This document shows positions 8,371 through 17,585 of a stretch of 64,000 nucleotides of DNA, piece by piece. Source of the DNA: Anaerolineales bacterium. GTDB taxonomy: Bacteria; Chloroflexota; Anaerolineae; Anaerolineales; Villigracilaceae. How positions within the stretch are numbered: position 1 is the stretch's first letter; every line of letters starts with the position of its first letter. Made by a program: the position numbers and the translations under genes. Location of the stretch: NCBI GenBank assembly GCA_020634885.1, contig JACKAW010000011.1:844-64843 (forward strand), read 5' to 3'. Below the pieces are notes generated by a model that saw nothing but the letters and a program-made list of their open reading frames with translations, ran no database searches and was not told the DNA's origin.

Positions 8371-9522
8371 TTATCTAGGTGAAGTGACCGTATTTTCCGA
8401 TGCGTGGACAAGCTTTATCAGGGAGGTCTTCACTGTTTCGAGCGCTTTCTTTTGATCCACATTCAAGGAGCCGGGCATTTCGGTCATTAGCAGGTTTAGC
8501 GGGTAGCTCGCAGCTTCCACTTCTTTGCGAATGTTCTGACGCAATGCCGCCAGAGATGCGTGACGATTTTTCTCTCCAGCACGGGCGGCGTCGGCGGTTT
8601 GCTCAATGGCGCGGAACAATCTTGCATTGACCAGTGAGATCGAAATGTAATCTGCCATGGCTTCAAGCATGGTCTGTGAATCGCGCGAGAATTCCTTATC
8701 TGCCTTCCTCACCACATTCAACAAACCGATCACATCACTCTTGACCTTGATGGGTACAACACAAGCCGATTTGCCAAGTGAAGCGATCTTGAATTTTTGC
8801 AAGGGCACGCCGTTCATGTGCAGGCTTTCGCCTGAAAGCGAAACCAATGAACTGATGCCGTCATCGAGAGTTTGATTCATTTTTTTTGCCCAGGCATCGG
8901 GCAGCCCATGCTGGGCGCGTACTACATATTGGCTGCCTTTATCTTCGCGGAGGGTCAGCCAGCACATATCTGCATCGCCGACCTGTAAGGCGCTTTCCAA
9001 AATACGGTCAAACAACGTCCGTTGGTCGGTCATGGAGGTGACCGCTTTTGCCACGGAGAGGATGGTGGTCATATCGCGGAGGCGCGTCTTTAATTCATCG
9101 TTCGTTGATTTTAACTGGCGGTCTAATTTCTGGCGCTCGCGTGATTCCTGCGTCTGACGCAAGGCGCGTTCAACAATGGATACCACCTCAGCATCGCGCA
9201 GGGGCCAGAACATCACATCCATGGCACCCAGACGGAAGGCTTGAATGGCATCATGCTCCTGCCCTTTTTCTGCGATGACGATCACAGGCGCTTTAATACC
9301 CTGAGATTGAAGCGCAGCCAGAAGGTCTTTTCCGCTCAAGCCGGGGAGATTCAAATTTGCAAGAATCAGGTCTGGCGGAGTCTGAACCGCGAGCTTAATC
9401 GCAGAACCGGCGTCTTGCGAAACCGCCACCTGGTATCCAAGCGGACGGAGCGCCTGACGTCCGATCAAATCTGCAATATCTGGGTCACTTTCAACAATGA
9501 GAATGCGTTCCGCGGAAGGCAT
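8371..9522 (-). CDS. REC-GAF protein (atypical response regulator with a degenerate receiver)
   Basis: The start at MPSAERILIVESDPD (9522) avoids overlap with the divergent GT2 gene. It has a REC fold followed by a GAF-like C-terminal half. The acceptor position reads DLILANLNLPG (Asn instead of Asp). Confidence 0.75.
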   Translation of the reverse strand: MPSAERILIVESDPDIADLIGRQALRPLGYQVAVSQDAGSAIKLAVQTPPDLILANLNLPGLSGKDLLAALQSQGIKAPVIVIAEKGQEHDAIQAFRLGAMDVMFWPLRDAEVVSIVERALRQTQESRERQKLDRQLKSTNDELKTRLRDMTTILSVAKAVTSMTDQRTLFDRILESALQVGDADMCWLTLREDKGSQYVVRAQHGLPDAWAKKMNQTLDDGISSLVSLSGESLHMNGVPLQKFKIASLGKSACVVPIKVKSDVIGLLNVVRKADKEFSRDSQTMLEAMADYISISLVNARLFRAIEQTADAARAGEKNRHASLAALRQNIRKEVEAASYPLNLLMTEMPGSLNVDQKKALETVKTSLIKLVHASENTVTSPR

Positions 9523-9574
9523 AAAAAATCTCCTGAAAAAAGATTCTAACACCTTTTCGATTACAATTTTGAAT

Positions 9575-10543
9575 ATGGATTTTTCAAGGTTTAATATTGC
9601 CGTTGTCATCCCTGCATACCGCGCAGAAGATGAGATTCAAGCCGTGCTTGCGGGCATTCCGAAATTTATCCGGCATATCATTGTGGTGGATGATGCCTCA
9701 CCCGATGCAAGCGCGGCACGGGTAAGAGCCGCCGCAGAGCAAGATGCCCGCATTCACTTGATCTGCCATGAAAAAAATCAAGGTGTGGGTGGCGCCATGG
9801 TAACAGGGTTCAAAAAAGCGCTCGAACTTGGCATTGAAATTGTAATAAAGCTCGATAGCGACGGACAGATGGATCCGCAATACATCCCCAGCCTGGTCGC
9901 CCCGCTCATCCATGGTGATGCAGATTACGCCAAAGGCAACCGCTTTCGCAATTTTGATTCACTGCGGCAAATGCCTTTCATTCGCCGGGTGGGCAACCTG
10001 GGTTTGAGTTTTCTCACCAAAGCCGCCACCGGCTATTGGAATGTTTTCGACCCAACCAACGGGTACTTCGCCATCCGCGCCGATGTGCTGGCGCAATTAC
10101 CTTTTGAAAAAATAGATAAGGGATATTTCTTTGAAACCTCCATGCTTGCCCGCCTATACCTGCTCGAAGCCCGCGTGCAGGATGTAACCATCCCGGCGCG
10201 CTATCGCGGCGAAATCTCCAGCCTTTCCATTCGGCGCGTATTGTTCGAATTCCCATATAAACTAACCCATACCCTGGTCAAACGCATCATCGTCAAATAT
10301 TTCTTTTACGATTTTTCCATGATGGCAATTTACTTATTAACCGGCATACCGCTCTTGCTGTTTGGGCTTATCTTCGGCAGCATAAAATGGATTCAGTACG
10401 CCCGCATCGGCATCGCCGCGCCCACTGGCACAGTCATCCTGCCGACCCTTTCCGTCATCCTCGCCATTCAAATTCTGCTTTCCGCCATCGAAATAGACCT
10501 GCACGCAGCCCCCAACAAAGCCATCAGCAAAGCGCTGGTGTGA
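9575..10543 (+). CDS. Family 2 glycosyltransferase (polyprenol-phosphate sugar transferase-like, two C-terminal TM helices)
   Basis: NIAVVIPAYRAEDEI, VVDDASPD, and the DSDGQMDP (DXD) GT-A motifs, with a C-terminal membrane anchor as in GtrB/DPM1-like enzymes. Start at the internal ATG 9575. Confidence 0.85.
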   Translation: MDFSRFNIAVVIPAYRAEDEIQAVLAGIPKFIRHIIVVDDASPDASAARVRAAAEQDARIHLICHEKNQGVGGAMVTGFKKALELGIEIVIKLDSDGQMDPQYIPSLVAPLIHGDADYAKGNRFRNFDSLRQMPFIRRVGNLGLSFLTKAATGYWNVFDPTNGYFAIRADVLAQLPFEKIDKGYFFETSMLARLYLLEARVQDVTIPARYRGEISSLSIRRVLFEFPYKLTHTLVKRIIVKYFFYDFSMMAIYLLTGIPLLLFGLIFGSIKWIQYARIGIAAPTGTVILPTLSVILAIQILLSAIEIDLHAAPNKAISKALV

Positions 10544-10544
10544 G

Positions 10545-12746
10545 ATGAACCCCCAACCCTATATTCCAGGATTCAAACCCGCAGACGAAGGTCCCCTCGC
10601 GCGCTTTTTACCTGCGTTGGAAGATGGCGTGGTCTCAGGCTGGCTTTCGGCTCAACCCTTCGCCGGTAGCTGGCTGCTCGACCCATTTGGATTCTCGCCG
10701 AAACTGACTCTCGAAGCTGCCCGCAGCGGATACCGCGTACTCGTCACAGCCAACAACCCGGTAACGCGCTTCCTGTTGGAAGTTGCCGCCAACCCGCCGC
10801 AACGCGCCGATTTTGTGGCAGCCCTTGCAGACCTTGGCTCAACTAAAAAAGGGGATGAACGCCTTGAACAACATTTGCAAGCCCTGTATTTCACCCAATG
10901 TGAAAAATGCGAAAAACAAATTCCTGCACAAGCCTTCCTCTGGCGCAAAAACGAAGAGGTTCCCTACGCCAAAATATACACATGCAAACACTGCGGCGAT
11001 TCGGGTGAGCACATTACCAGCGATGAAGATAAAGATATCGCCCTTCAAATTCAAGCCACAGATACCCTGCACCGCACCCGTTTGTTTGAGCGGGTGGTCT
11101 CGCTAAAAGACGAAGACCGTATCTATGCCGAAGAAGCCATTAAACATTACCTGCCCCGCCCGCTGTATGTGATCGGCACGATCTTGAACAAGTTAGACGG
11201 CATGAACATCACCCCCGTCCGCAAGCGTGCATTGACAGCTTTACTCCTGCTGGTGTTCGATGCGGGCAATACGCTTTGGGGGCATCCGGCGGGGCGCCCG
11301 CGCCCGAAACAGTTGAGCACACCCAGCCAATTCCGCGAGAACAATTTGTGGGAAATGCTGGAACGTGGAATCGGCTTGTTTGCCGAATCAGGCTCACCCG
11401 TCCCGCTTGAGGCGTGGCCGAATAAAATTCCAGAAACTGGCGGCATCGTCATCTATGAAGGTCGTCTCAAAGATCTTGCGAATGAGGTCAAAAAAGAAAT
11501 CCCAATTGCGGCAATGATCGGCTCCATCCCCAGACCCAACCAGGCGTTTTGGACTCTCTCTGCGTTGTGGGCAGGCTGGCTCTGGGGCAGGGATGCGGTG
11601 GAACCGTACAAAACCGCGCTGCGCCGCAGACGTTACGATTGGGCATGGAACGCCACCGCGCTTTCATCCATGTTCACCCATTTGAACGACCTGCTAGCCG
11701 ACGGCGTACCCGTCTTTGGATTGATACCCGAGCCCGAAGCGCATTACATGACCTCGGTGCTGACTGCCGCACAAACCGCAGGGTTTGACTTGGAAAGCGT
11801 TGCCCTGCGAACCGAACATGACCCGGCACAAATCCTTTTGAAGAGCGGGAAGAAAAAGAAACCCGCCGCGTTGGATGTTGAAACCATCCGCACAGCAATG
11901 CAAACGCACCTTACAGAACGCGGCGAACCGGCAACTTATCTACACCTGCATACGGCGGGGCTGATGGCGCTTGCCGAAAAGAATGCGCTCAAACTGAACA
12001 ATGAAGAATTTGATTTTGCCCTGCGAAAAACACACAACGCCATGGAACAGGCATTGAAAGGTGCGCATACGTTTACACATCATTCAACAGGTGAGGGCGT
12101 GGAAACCGGCACATGGAACCTTGCAAAGCCCGCACATGCAGAATCGCTTTCAGACAAAGTGGAAGTTGCCATCGTCAATTTTCTACAGAAGAATCGCAGC
12201 ACCATTTTTTTGGAAGTAGAAAACGAATTGAACGCCCAATTTACAGGGCTGATGACACCCTCCAAAGGCTTGATCTATGCCGTATTAAATTCATACGCCG
12301 AAAAAGACGGCGGCGCGTGGACGTTGCGAAACGAAGATGCAGCCTCTGCCCGCCGCGAAGAAATGAAAAGCATCTTCACACAATTGGAAGAGATCGGCAA
12401 ACGTTTGGAATACGCCGCAAAACTCGATGGCAAACTAATGTACTGGATGGAAGGCAATAAACCCATCCGCAAATTTCACATCATGGCTTCGGCATTGATC
12501 CACCGCGCGCTCGAACATGATAATGAACAAACCATCATTGTCATCCCTGGCGGGCGGGCGGCATTGATCGCCTATAAATTGGAACGCGACCCGCAACTGA
12601 AACAAAGAATAAAAAAATACAAACTGGTTAAATACCGCCTATTGCGCACCCTGCTCGAACTACCCATCCTCACCCGCGAAACCATCAACGAACAACTCGC
12701 CAGTGATCCGGTTGAAAAAGAGACCGGGCAGATGATGATGTTCTGA
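10545..12746 (+). CDS. Large Zn-ribbon protein resembling COG1743-type DNA methylases, with degenerate catalytic motifs
   Basis: LLDPFGFSPKLTLEAARSGYRVLVTANNPV sits in place of motif I (DPFxGGGS...DxNPVA). A CxxC...CxxC ribbon (CEKCEK...CKHCGD) is present. IGSIPRPNQAFWTLSALWAGWLW sits in place of DPPY...LSDFFYVWL. The ATG is 1 nt after the GT2 stop. Confidence 0.45.
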   Translation: MNPQPYIPGFKPADEGPLARFLPALEDGVVSGWLSAQPFAGSWLLDPFGFSPKLTLEAARSGYRVLVTANNPVTRFLLEVAANPPQRADFVAALADLGSTKKGDERLEQHLQALYFTQCEKCEKQIPAQAFLWRKNEEVPYAKIYTCKHCGDSGEHITSDEDKDIALQIQATDTLHRTRLFERVVSLKDEDRIYAEEAIKHYLPRPLYVIGTILNKLDGMNITPVRKRALTALLLLVFDAGNTLWGHPAGRPRPKQLSTPSQFRENNLWEMLERGIGLFAESGSPVPLEAWPNKIPETGGIVIYEGRLKDLANEVKKEIPIAAMIGSIPRPNQAFWTLSALWAGWLWGRDAVEPYKTALRRRRYDWAWNATALSSMFTHLNDLLADGVPVFGLIPEPEAHYMTSVLTAAQTAGFDLESVALRTEHDPAQILLKSGKKKKPAALDVETIRTAMQTHLTERGEPATYLHLHTAGLMALAEKNALKLNNEEFDFALRKTHNAMEQALKGAHTFTHHSTGEGVETGTWNLAKPAHAESLSDKVEVAIVNFLQKNRSTIFLEVENELNAQFTGLMTPSKGLIYAVLNSYAEKDGGAWTLRNEDAASARREEMKSIFTQLEEIGKRLEYAAKLDGKLMYWMEGNKPIRKFHIMASALIHRALEHDNEQTIIVIPGGRAALIAYKLERDPQLKQRIKKYKLVKYRLLRTLLELPILTRETINEQLASDPVEKETGQMMMF

Positions 12747-12757
12747 TCCCAAACCTA

Positions 12758-13786
12758 TTGACCATGAAAAAGATAATCCCAATCCTCGCTCTTGCCATCG
12801 TGCTTTCTGCATGTATCTCTATAGAAACGCAGCCAACCCAAACGCCCGCACCGGCAGAATTCATCACAGCCACCCTGCCGCCCACCAAAGCCGGTTACGT
12901 TTCGCCCACTCCCTCCGCCACGCCCGCCATCACCCTCACACCCACCTTCGCCGTCACCATCGACCCAAACTGCAACGATAGCGCCGTACTCCTTCGTGAT
13001 GTCACCATCCCCGATGGAACCATTCTGCGCGCCGGTGAAACCTTCACCAAGACATGGGAATTCATGAACAATGGAAGTTGCCCCTGGTATGGATACACCC
13101 TCAAATACGCTGCGGGCGACCAAATGTCTGCGCCTCTTTCTGCGCCCGTGCCTGTTACGCTGACGAAGGAACTGGTGCAAGTCTCTGTCCAACTCACTGC
13201 CCCCTCGGCTGACGGAGAATACACAGGCTACTTTACCCTCAACGACCCCACCGGCAAAGACGTGCCCATCGGCATTGAAAAAACATTCTGGGTGAAGATA
13301 CGCGTAGGGAGCGGCGGAACGGTTCCGCAACCGACCACTTCAGGCAGTGTCCCAACCACATCTGTGGTGACAGGCGGGAATTGCAGTTATTCACAAAATG
13401 CAGATTATGTGAATCAGATCGCTTCTGCGATCAATCAGGAACGCGCCAATGCCGGTCTGCCCGAACTGACCATCAACCCCATCCTAACCAATGCCGCTCA
13501 AGCTCACGCCGCCGGTATGGCGTGCAGCGGGCGCATCAGCCATACCGGCTCAGATGGTTCTTCGCCCTACGCACGGATTCAAACCATGGGCTACACCCCT
13601 TCCTACTACGAAGAGATCATCTACGGGGGCGGCGGTCCGCAGGCGGCAATGACCTGGTGGATGAACGACCAAATCCACCGTGATGCGATACTCAACCCCA
13701 AGTCTACAGAGATGGGTGTGGGGTATGCGTATTATGCCAACGGTTCGTATGGTGATTATTTTGCGGTCGAGTTGGGAAGCCCGTAA
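12758..13786 (+). CDS. Lipoprotein with NBR1-like (FW) domain and C-terminal CAP/SCP (YkwD-like) domain
   Basis: Lipobox LSAC. The block CNDSAVLLRDVTIPDGT...FTKTWEFMNNGSCPW...GEYTGYF is NBR1/FW-like. The block NQERANAGLPEL...AQAHA..M...HTGSDGS is CAP-like. Confidence 0.65.
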   Translation: MTMKKIIPILALAIVLSACISIETQPTQTPAPAEFITATLPPTKAGYVSPTPSATPAITLTPTFAVTIDPNCNDSAVLLRDVTIPDGTILRAGETFTKTWEFMNNGSCPWYGYTLKYAAGDQMSAPLSAPVPVTLTKELVQVSVQLTAPSADGEYTGYFTLNDPTGKDVPIGIEKTFWVKIRVGSGGTVPQPTTSGSVPTTSVVTGGNCSYSQNADYVNQIASAINQERANAGLPELTINPILTNAAQAHAAGMACSGRISHTGSDGSSPYARIQTMGYTPSYYEEIIYGGGGPQAAMTWWMNDQIHRDAILNPKSTEMGVGYAYYANGSYGDYFAVELGSP

Positions 13787-13824
13787 AAAGAGGCTCATGT
13801 GCTTTTCACATGAGCCTCTTTTTT
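13785..13824. terminator. Bidirectional terminator between convergent genes
   Basis: A5-gaggctcatgtg-N5-cacatgagcctc-T6. Confidence 0.8.
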
Positions 13825-14692
13825 ATTGTAGTATAGGTGTAATGGCATCAAACCATTTTTGCGCGATGATGTCGTAACCAGCTTGGTTGGGATGATTGCC
13901 GTCATCATACAGGGTGGCGGGGTTTGTAAAAATATCGGTTGAGTAAAAGTCTACGGTGAGAGCGCCGTATTGGGCGGCTTTATCTAGAATGATCTGGTTG
14001 TATACACTTGCCTGAGCAGACATGCGATTTAATTCATCTGGTGTAATGGCGACAAACGCTTCACCCTTTAATGCAACCGGACGTTTGGATTGATCGTCTA
14101 ACAGGGCAATCACGACCTGAGCGCCCGTTCCGCGCAGTTGGCTGAGGATTGTGTCGATATTCGCCTCAAAATGTTCAGCATCTGCAGCATCCCCGGCATC
14201 GTCAATGTCACCGCCAAACTCGTACAAATACCATAAATCATTACTGCCGATCCACACCAATGCCAAACCTGCTTTTCCTTGCGCTGTTGCATCTTGCAAT
14301 TCGCCTACCGCCCGCGTGAGTTGACTCTCCAATCCCTGATCGCCATTGATAAGCGCATCTGAATTCCAGCCAGATTGACCAAAATTAGACAGAGTCGAAT
14401 CTGGGCGGACGCTGTTAATCATATCCAATAAGCGACCGGGATATCCACGCCCTGAGTCGTCGCCGTCACCTTGGGTAAGGCTATCGCCGAGGGCAACCAT
14501 GTGAACCGGTCCAGCAGGAAGCGGGGCGGCGGGTTGCAGATTAGTGGGCGGATTATTCTCCGTTTGAGTCACCACTTCGGTTTGAGGGGCGTCACCAACT
14601 GCTTCATCAGTCGTTGGGTCTATTGCAGGAGCAGAACCTGGCAGATTGCAGGCAGAGAGAAGTAAAGCGAAAAGCAAAATATATTTTTTCAT
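13823..14692 (-). CDS. SGNH/GDSL hydrolase family lipoprotein
   Basis: Lipobox LLSAC. Block I is ALGDSLTQG, block III is WIGSNDLW and block V is DGNHPNQAGY. Confidence 0.85.
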   Translation of the reverse strand: MKKYILLFALLLSACNLPGSAPAIDPTTDEAVGDAPQTEVVTQTENNPPTNLQPAAPLPAGPVHMVALGDSLTQGDGDDSGRGYPGRLLDMINSVRPDSTLSNFGQSGWNSDALINGDQGLESQLTRAVGELQDATAQGKAGLALVWIGSNDLWYLYEFGGDIDDAGDAADAEHFEANIDTILSQLRGTGAQVVIALLDDQSKRPVALKGEAFVAITPDELNRMSAQASVYNQIILDKAAQYGALTVDFYSTDIFTNPATLYDDGNHPNQAGYDIIAQKWFDAITPILQ

Positions 14693-14759
14693 GACATGTC
14701 CTCAGTTGATCTTTCTTCAAATTATACAGAAGCGATTCTTTTCAGACATGTCAAAGTTG

Positions 14760-15971
14760 TTATGTCAAAATATTCCTCACCACGGGTTGATATTCGGGGA
14801 AGACGTCACTGGTGGCGGGGTTGTTCAGGCGCTTCGACAACACTTCAGAGAGCACATCGCGGTAATCGGTGGTTACCGCCAAGTCACCGGGACCGATGAG
14901 TTGACCTTCACCAAGTCCGGGCCACTGCCCGTGGACTTTGCCGCCATCCACGTTGCCGCCCAAGACCATCATCATGCTGCCGTGTCCGTGATCCGTGCCG
15001 AGGCTTCCGTTCTCGTAGGCGCGCCGCCCAAACTCAGACATGGTGACGGTGGTCAGTTTGCTCATGTGGTCTGCCATATCGGCATGGAAGGCGGCGAGAC
15101 CTTCGGCGAGGTCTTTCATCAGATTTGGCATAAGACCCGTCATTGAGCCTTGTGTGAAGTGTGTGTCCCAGCCGCCAAGGTCAATGGCAGAGACTTCGAG
15201 ACCGACTTCCGATTTGATGAGCATGGCGGTTTGTTTGAGGGCGAGACCGAATTCGGTGTCGGGGTAATTAGTGGAAAGTGGCGAGTGGTAAGTGGATGGA
15301 TCAAGTTTTTGGAGGGTGTCCATGATGGATAAAGTATCTTGACCGAGTTCATCGTTTTGATAAACGTAACTTAGCGCGGCTCGCATTTGTTGCAGGGCAC
15401 GTACATCGCCGCCGAGGTGGAAGTCTGCGATGGAGCGCAGGGCGGAGACGGGGACACTTCCGCTCAAACTGCGCTGCGGACGGGTGCCCATGCCCACGGC
15501 TCTCAATGGCGACGAGTTGCCGGTGTTCAACGTGGCGAGGTGACGTCCAATCCAACCCGAGGCGGGACCACGTTCATCGTCCACACCGCGTTCCATCAAT
15601 TCCATCGCTTTGAAGTGACTGCGCGATTCATCAGGTGCGCCACAAGCGTGAATGATGGCAAGTTGCTGAGTCTGCCATGCATCAAGCAGCGGACTCATAT
15701 TGGGATGCAAACCGAAGAAGCCATCCAAATCCACAACTCTTTCTTCTTTCTTCTTTTTCGAATCATCAGGTCTTGCAATGCCCAAGGTCGGGCGCAATTG
15801 ATAATAGGCTTCTTCGCCATGCGGCACGACCATGTTGAGCACGTCCGCGGCGCCGCGCAGGAAGACGACCACGAGCGTATCTCCGCGCGGGGCGGTGTTC
15901 TTGGGTGCGAAAGACAGGCGCGGCATCCAGGTTTTTTGTGGGTGTTGGATTAAGGGTAAGGTTTGTAACAT
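14760..15971 (-). CDS. DUF1501 domain protein (sulfatase-fold)
   Basis: GGWDTH..., TMSEFGRR and GTDHGHG motifs typical of DUF1501. I prefer the ATG at 15971, which has a GGAG RBS 6 nt upstream, over the track start at 16040, which lies inside the repeat hairpin. Confidence 0.85.
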   Translation of the reverse strand: MLQTLPLIQHPQKTWMPRLSFAPKNTAPRGDTLVVVFLRGAADVLNMVVPHGEEAYYQLRPTLGIARPDDSKKKKEERVVDLDGFFGLHPNMSPLLDAWQTQQLAIIHACGAPDESRSHFKAMELMERGVDDERGPASGWIGRHLATLNTGNSSPLRAVGMGTRPQRSLSGSVPVSALRSIADFHLGGDVRALQQMRAALSYVYQNDELGQDTLSIMDTLQKLDPSTYHSPLSTNYPDTEFGLALKQTAMLIKSEVGLEVSAIDLGGWDTHFTQGSMTGLMPNLMKDLAEGLAAFHADMADHMSKLTTVTMSEFGRRAYENGSLGTDHGHGSMMMVLGGNVDGGKVHGQWPGLGEGQLIGPGDLAVTTDYRDVLSEVLSKRLNNPATSDVFPEYQPVVRNILT

Positions 15972-15994
15972 AAGATCTCCAATAAAATTTTTCC

Positions 15995-16091
15995 CGTCAT
16001 TGCGAGGGCGCTCTTGCTCTTTGCCCGAAGCAATCTCCAACTCAGCTCATGAGATTGCTTCGGACGGAAGAACACCGTCCTCGCAATGACG
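15995..16091. repeat. Nested long inverted repeat (REP-like) between DUF1800 and DUF1501
   Basis: Outer arms are cgtcattgcgagg (15995-16007) and cctcgcaatgacg (16079-16091). Inner arms are ccgaagcaatctc (16025-16037) and gagattgcttcgg (16051-16063). Confidence 0.8.
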
Positions 16092-16096
16092 AAATA

Positions 16097-17578
16097 TCAT
16101 CGCCACTGAAATGCAGGCGACGCAATCAAACTTGCGGCGATGATTTGCAGAGTCTCTTCAGGCGTGGCGCCAGCCGAATGGACGGTATCAATCATCCCGT
16201 CGCGGGTGAGGCGATCTAACGGCGTGCCTAAAAGCAATGAGGTGAGGGAATCAATATCAGTGTGTAAACTGCCTGTAGAAGCGACATCCAATAAAGCATT
16301 GAGGTTGTGTTTCGTCTTTGGAAGTTCGTTACGAATTAATTCAAAAGCAAATTGCCAGCGCGGCATGAGATTGCCTTGCCACGCGTCGCTCGTGTCGGGG
16401 TAGCCGTCGGGCGTCGTCCAGTTGAAATACATTTGCCCCATTTGCATGAGCGGGTCGTGCATGGCAACGCCATCGGTTTCAACGTTGATCATACGCAACG
16501 CAGAGAGCACAAAGTTGAGCGGACGTTTGTATTTGGGCTGCGCGAAGGCGAGACCTTCAAGCAGGATGACGCGCAGAACCGATTTGATATCGCCTTTGGT
16601 GGCGAGAAATGTTTGCGCGGCTTTCTCGATAATTTCCTGTGGCGGCTCATCGGCGATGAAGCGACGCGCGAGTTTGGTTGAAATAAATTTTGCCGTGGAT
16701 GGATGCAACGCGAGATGCTCGATGACTTGCTCCGCCTCACGCTGACCTGATTCCTGAATCGCGAGACCCAAAACATTTTTCTCGCCTGATTCATGTTGGT
16801 CTTGCTTGAAGACGAAATCGCCAAGCCAGAAATGTTCCTTGACCGACCAACCCGTGAGACACCGCGCGAGTTGCATGACATCGTTTTGAGTGTAGCCGCC
16901 GTTCACGCCGAGTGTGTGAAGTTCCATCAGTTCGCGGGCGTAGTTCTCGTTGGGCGTACCTTTGACATTGGCTTGATTGTCGAGATAGGTGAGCATGGCG
17001 GGCGAATGTGCGGACGCCCACACCAGATCGCGGAAGTTGCCGAGGGCGTGTTTGCGAATCACGTCGCGGTCATCAACGGTCTTGAGATAGAAGCATGGTT
17101 CTTTCTCGATGAAGATGTTGAAGTGGTCGCTCCAGAAATCGGCCATCACTTCGTAGAGTTGACGCTTGCTGTAAAGTTGACGCAGGAAGGTGGCTTGACG
17201 CAGTTCATTAATGGGATGTTCACGATCATAGCCATCGAAGAGTTGATTGGTAACGGCTTCAATCTCGTTAGCTGCCATTTTTAGAGTTTTAAAGTTGGAA
17301 AGTTGCAGGTCGCAGGTTAGGTCGTTGATGGCTTCATAATCAAGTTGTTCTTCGATGTAATTTGCCAAGCCGATCTCTGCCAAGCGGGCGCGTTCTTCCA
17401 CTCTCGCGCCGAAGGTGATGCGGTTGAGCGCGGTAAAGTCTGCTACGCTGAGCGGACTCCACGGGACGGATGGCAGGTCGTCTGTCAGTCGTCGCAGGGC
17501 GGGGGCGCAGGCGTTGAGCGCGGCAGATGCAGAGAGAAGGGTGGTGAGTTTGAGGAAGTCGCGGCGAGATAGGGGCAT
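16097..17578 (-). CDS. DUF1800 domain protein with twin-arginine signal
   Basis: MPLSRRDFLKLTTLLSASAALNA Tat signal. Length and conserved blocks (MLTYLDN, ENYARELMELHTLG) are typical of DUF1800, which is usually paired with DUF1501. Confidence 0.85.
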   Translation of the reverse strand: MPLSRRDFLKLTTLLSASAALNACAPALRRLTDDLPSVPWSPLSVADFTALNRITFGARVEERARLAEIGLANYIEEQLDYEAINDLTCDLQLSNFKTLKMAANEIEAVTNQLFDGYDREHPINELRQATFLRQLYSKRQLYEVMADFWSDHFNIFIEKEPCFYLKTVDDRDVIRKHALGNFRDLVWASAHSPAMLTYLDNQANVKGTPNENYARELMELHTLGVNGGYTQNDVMQLARCLTGWSVKEHFWLGDFVFKQDQHESGEKNVLGLAIQESGQREAEQVIEHLALHPSTAKFISTKLARRFIADEPPQEIIEKAAQTFLATKGDIKSVLRVILLEGLAFAQPKYKRPLNFVLSALRMINVETDGVAMHDPLMQMGQMYFNWTTPDGYPDTSDAWQGNLMPRWQFAFELIRNELPKTKHNLNALLDVASTGSLHTDIDSLTSLLLGTPLDRLTRDGMIDTVHSAGATPEETLQIIAASLIASPAFQWR

Positions 17579-17585
17579 GGTGACC

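Noticed and set aside
14646-15953. Plus-strand ORFs 14646-15146 and 15387-15953 opposite DUF1501. Also minus and plus ORFs opposite DUF1800 (16352-17284).
   Set aside because: They are antisense shadows of genes with strong family signatures, and their His/Arg/Gly-rich translations are not protein-like.
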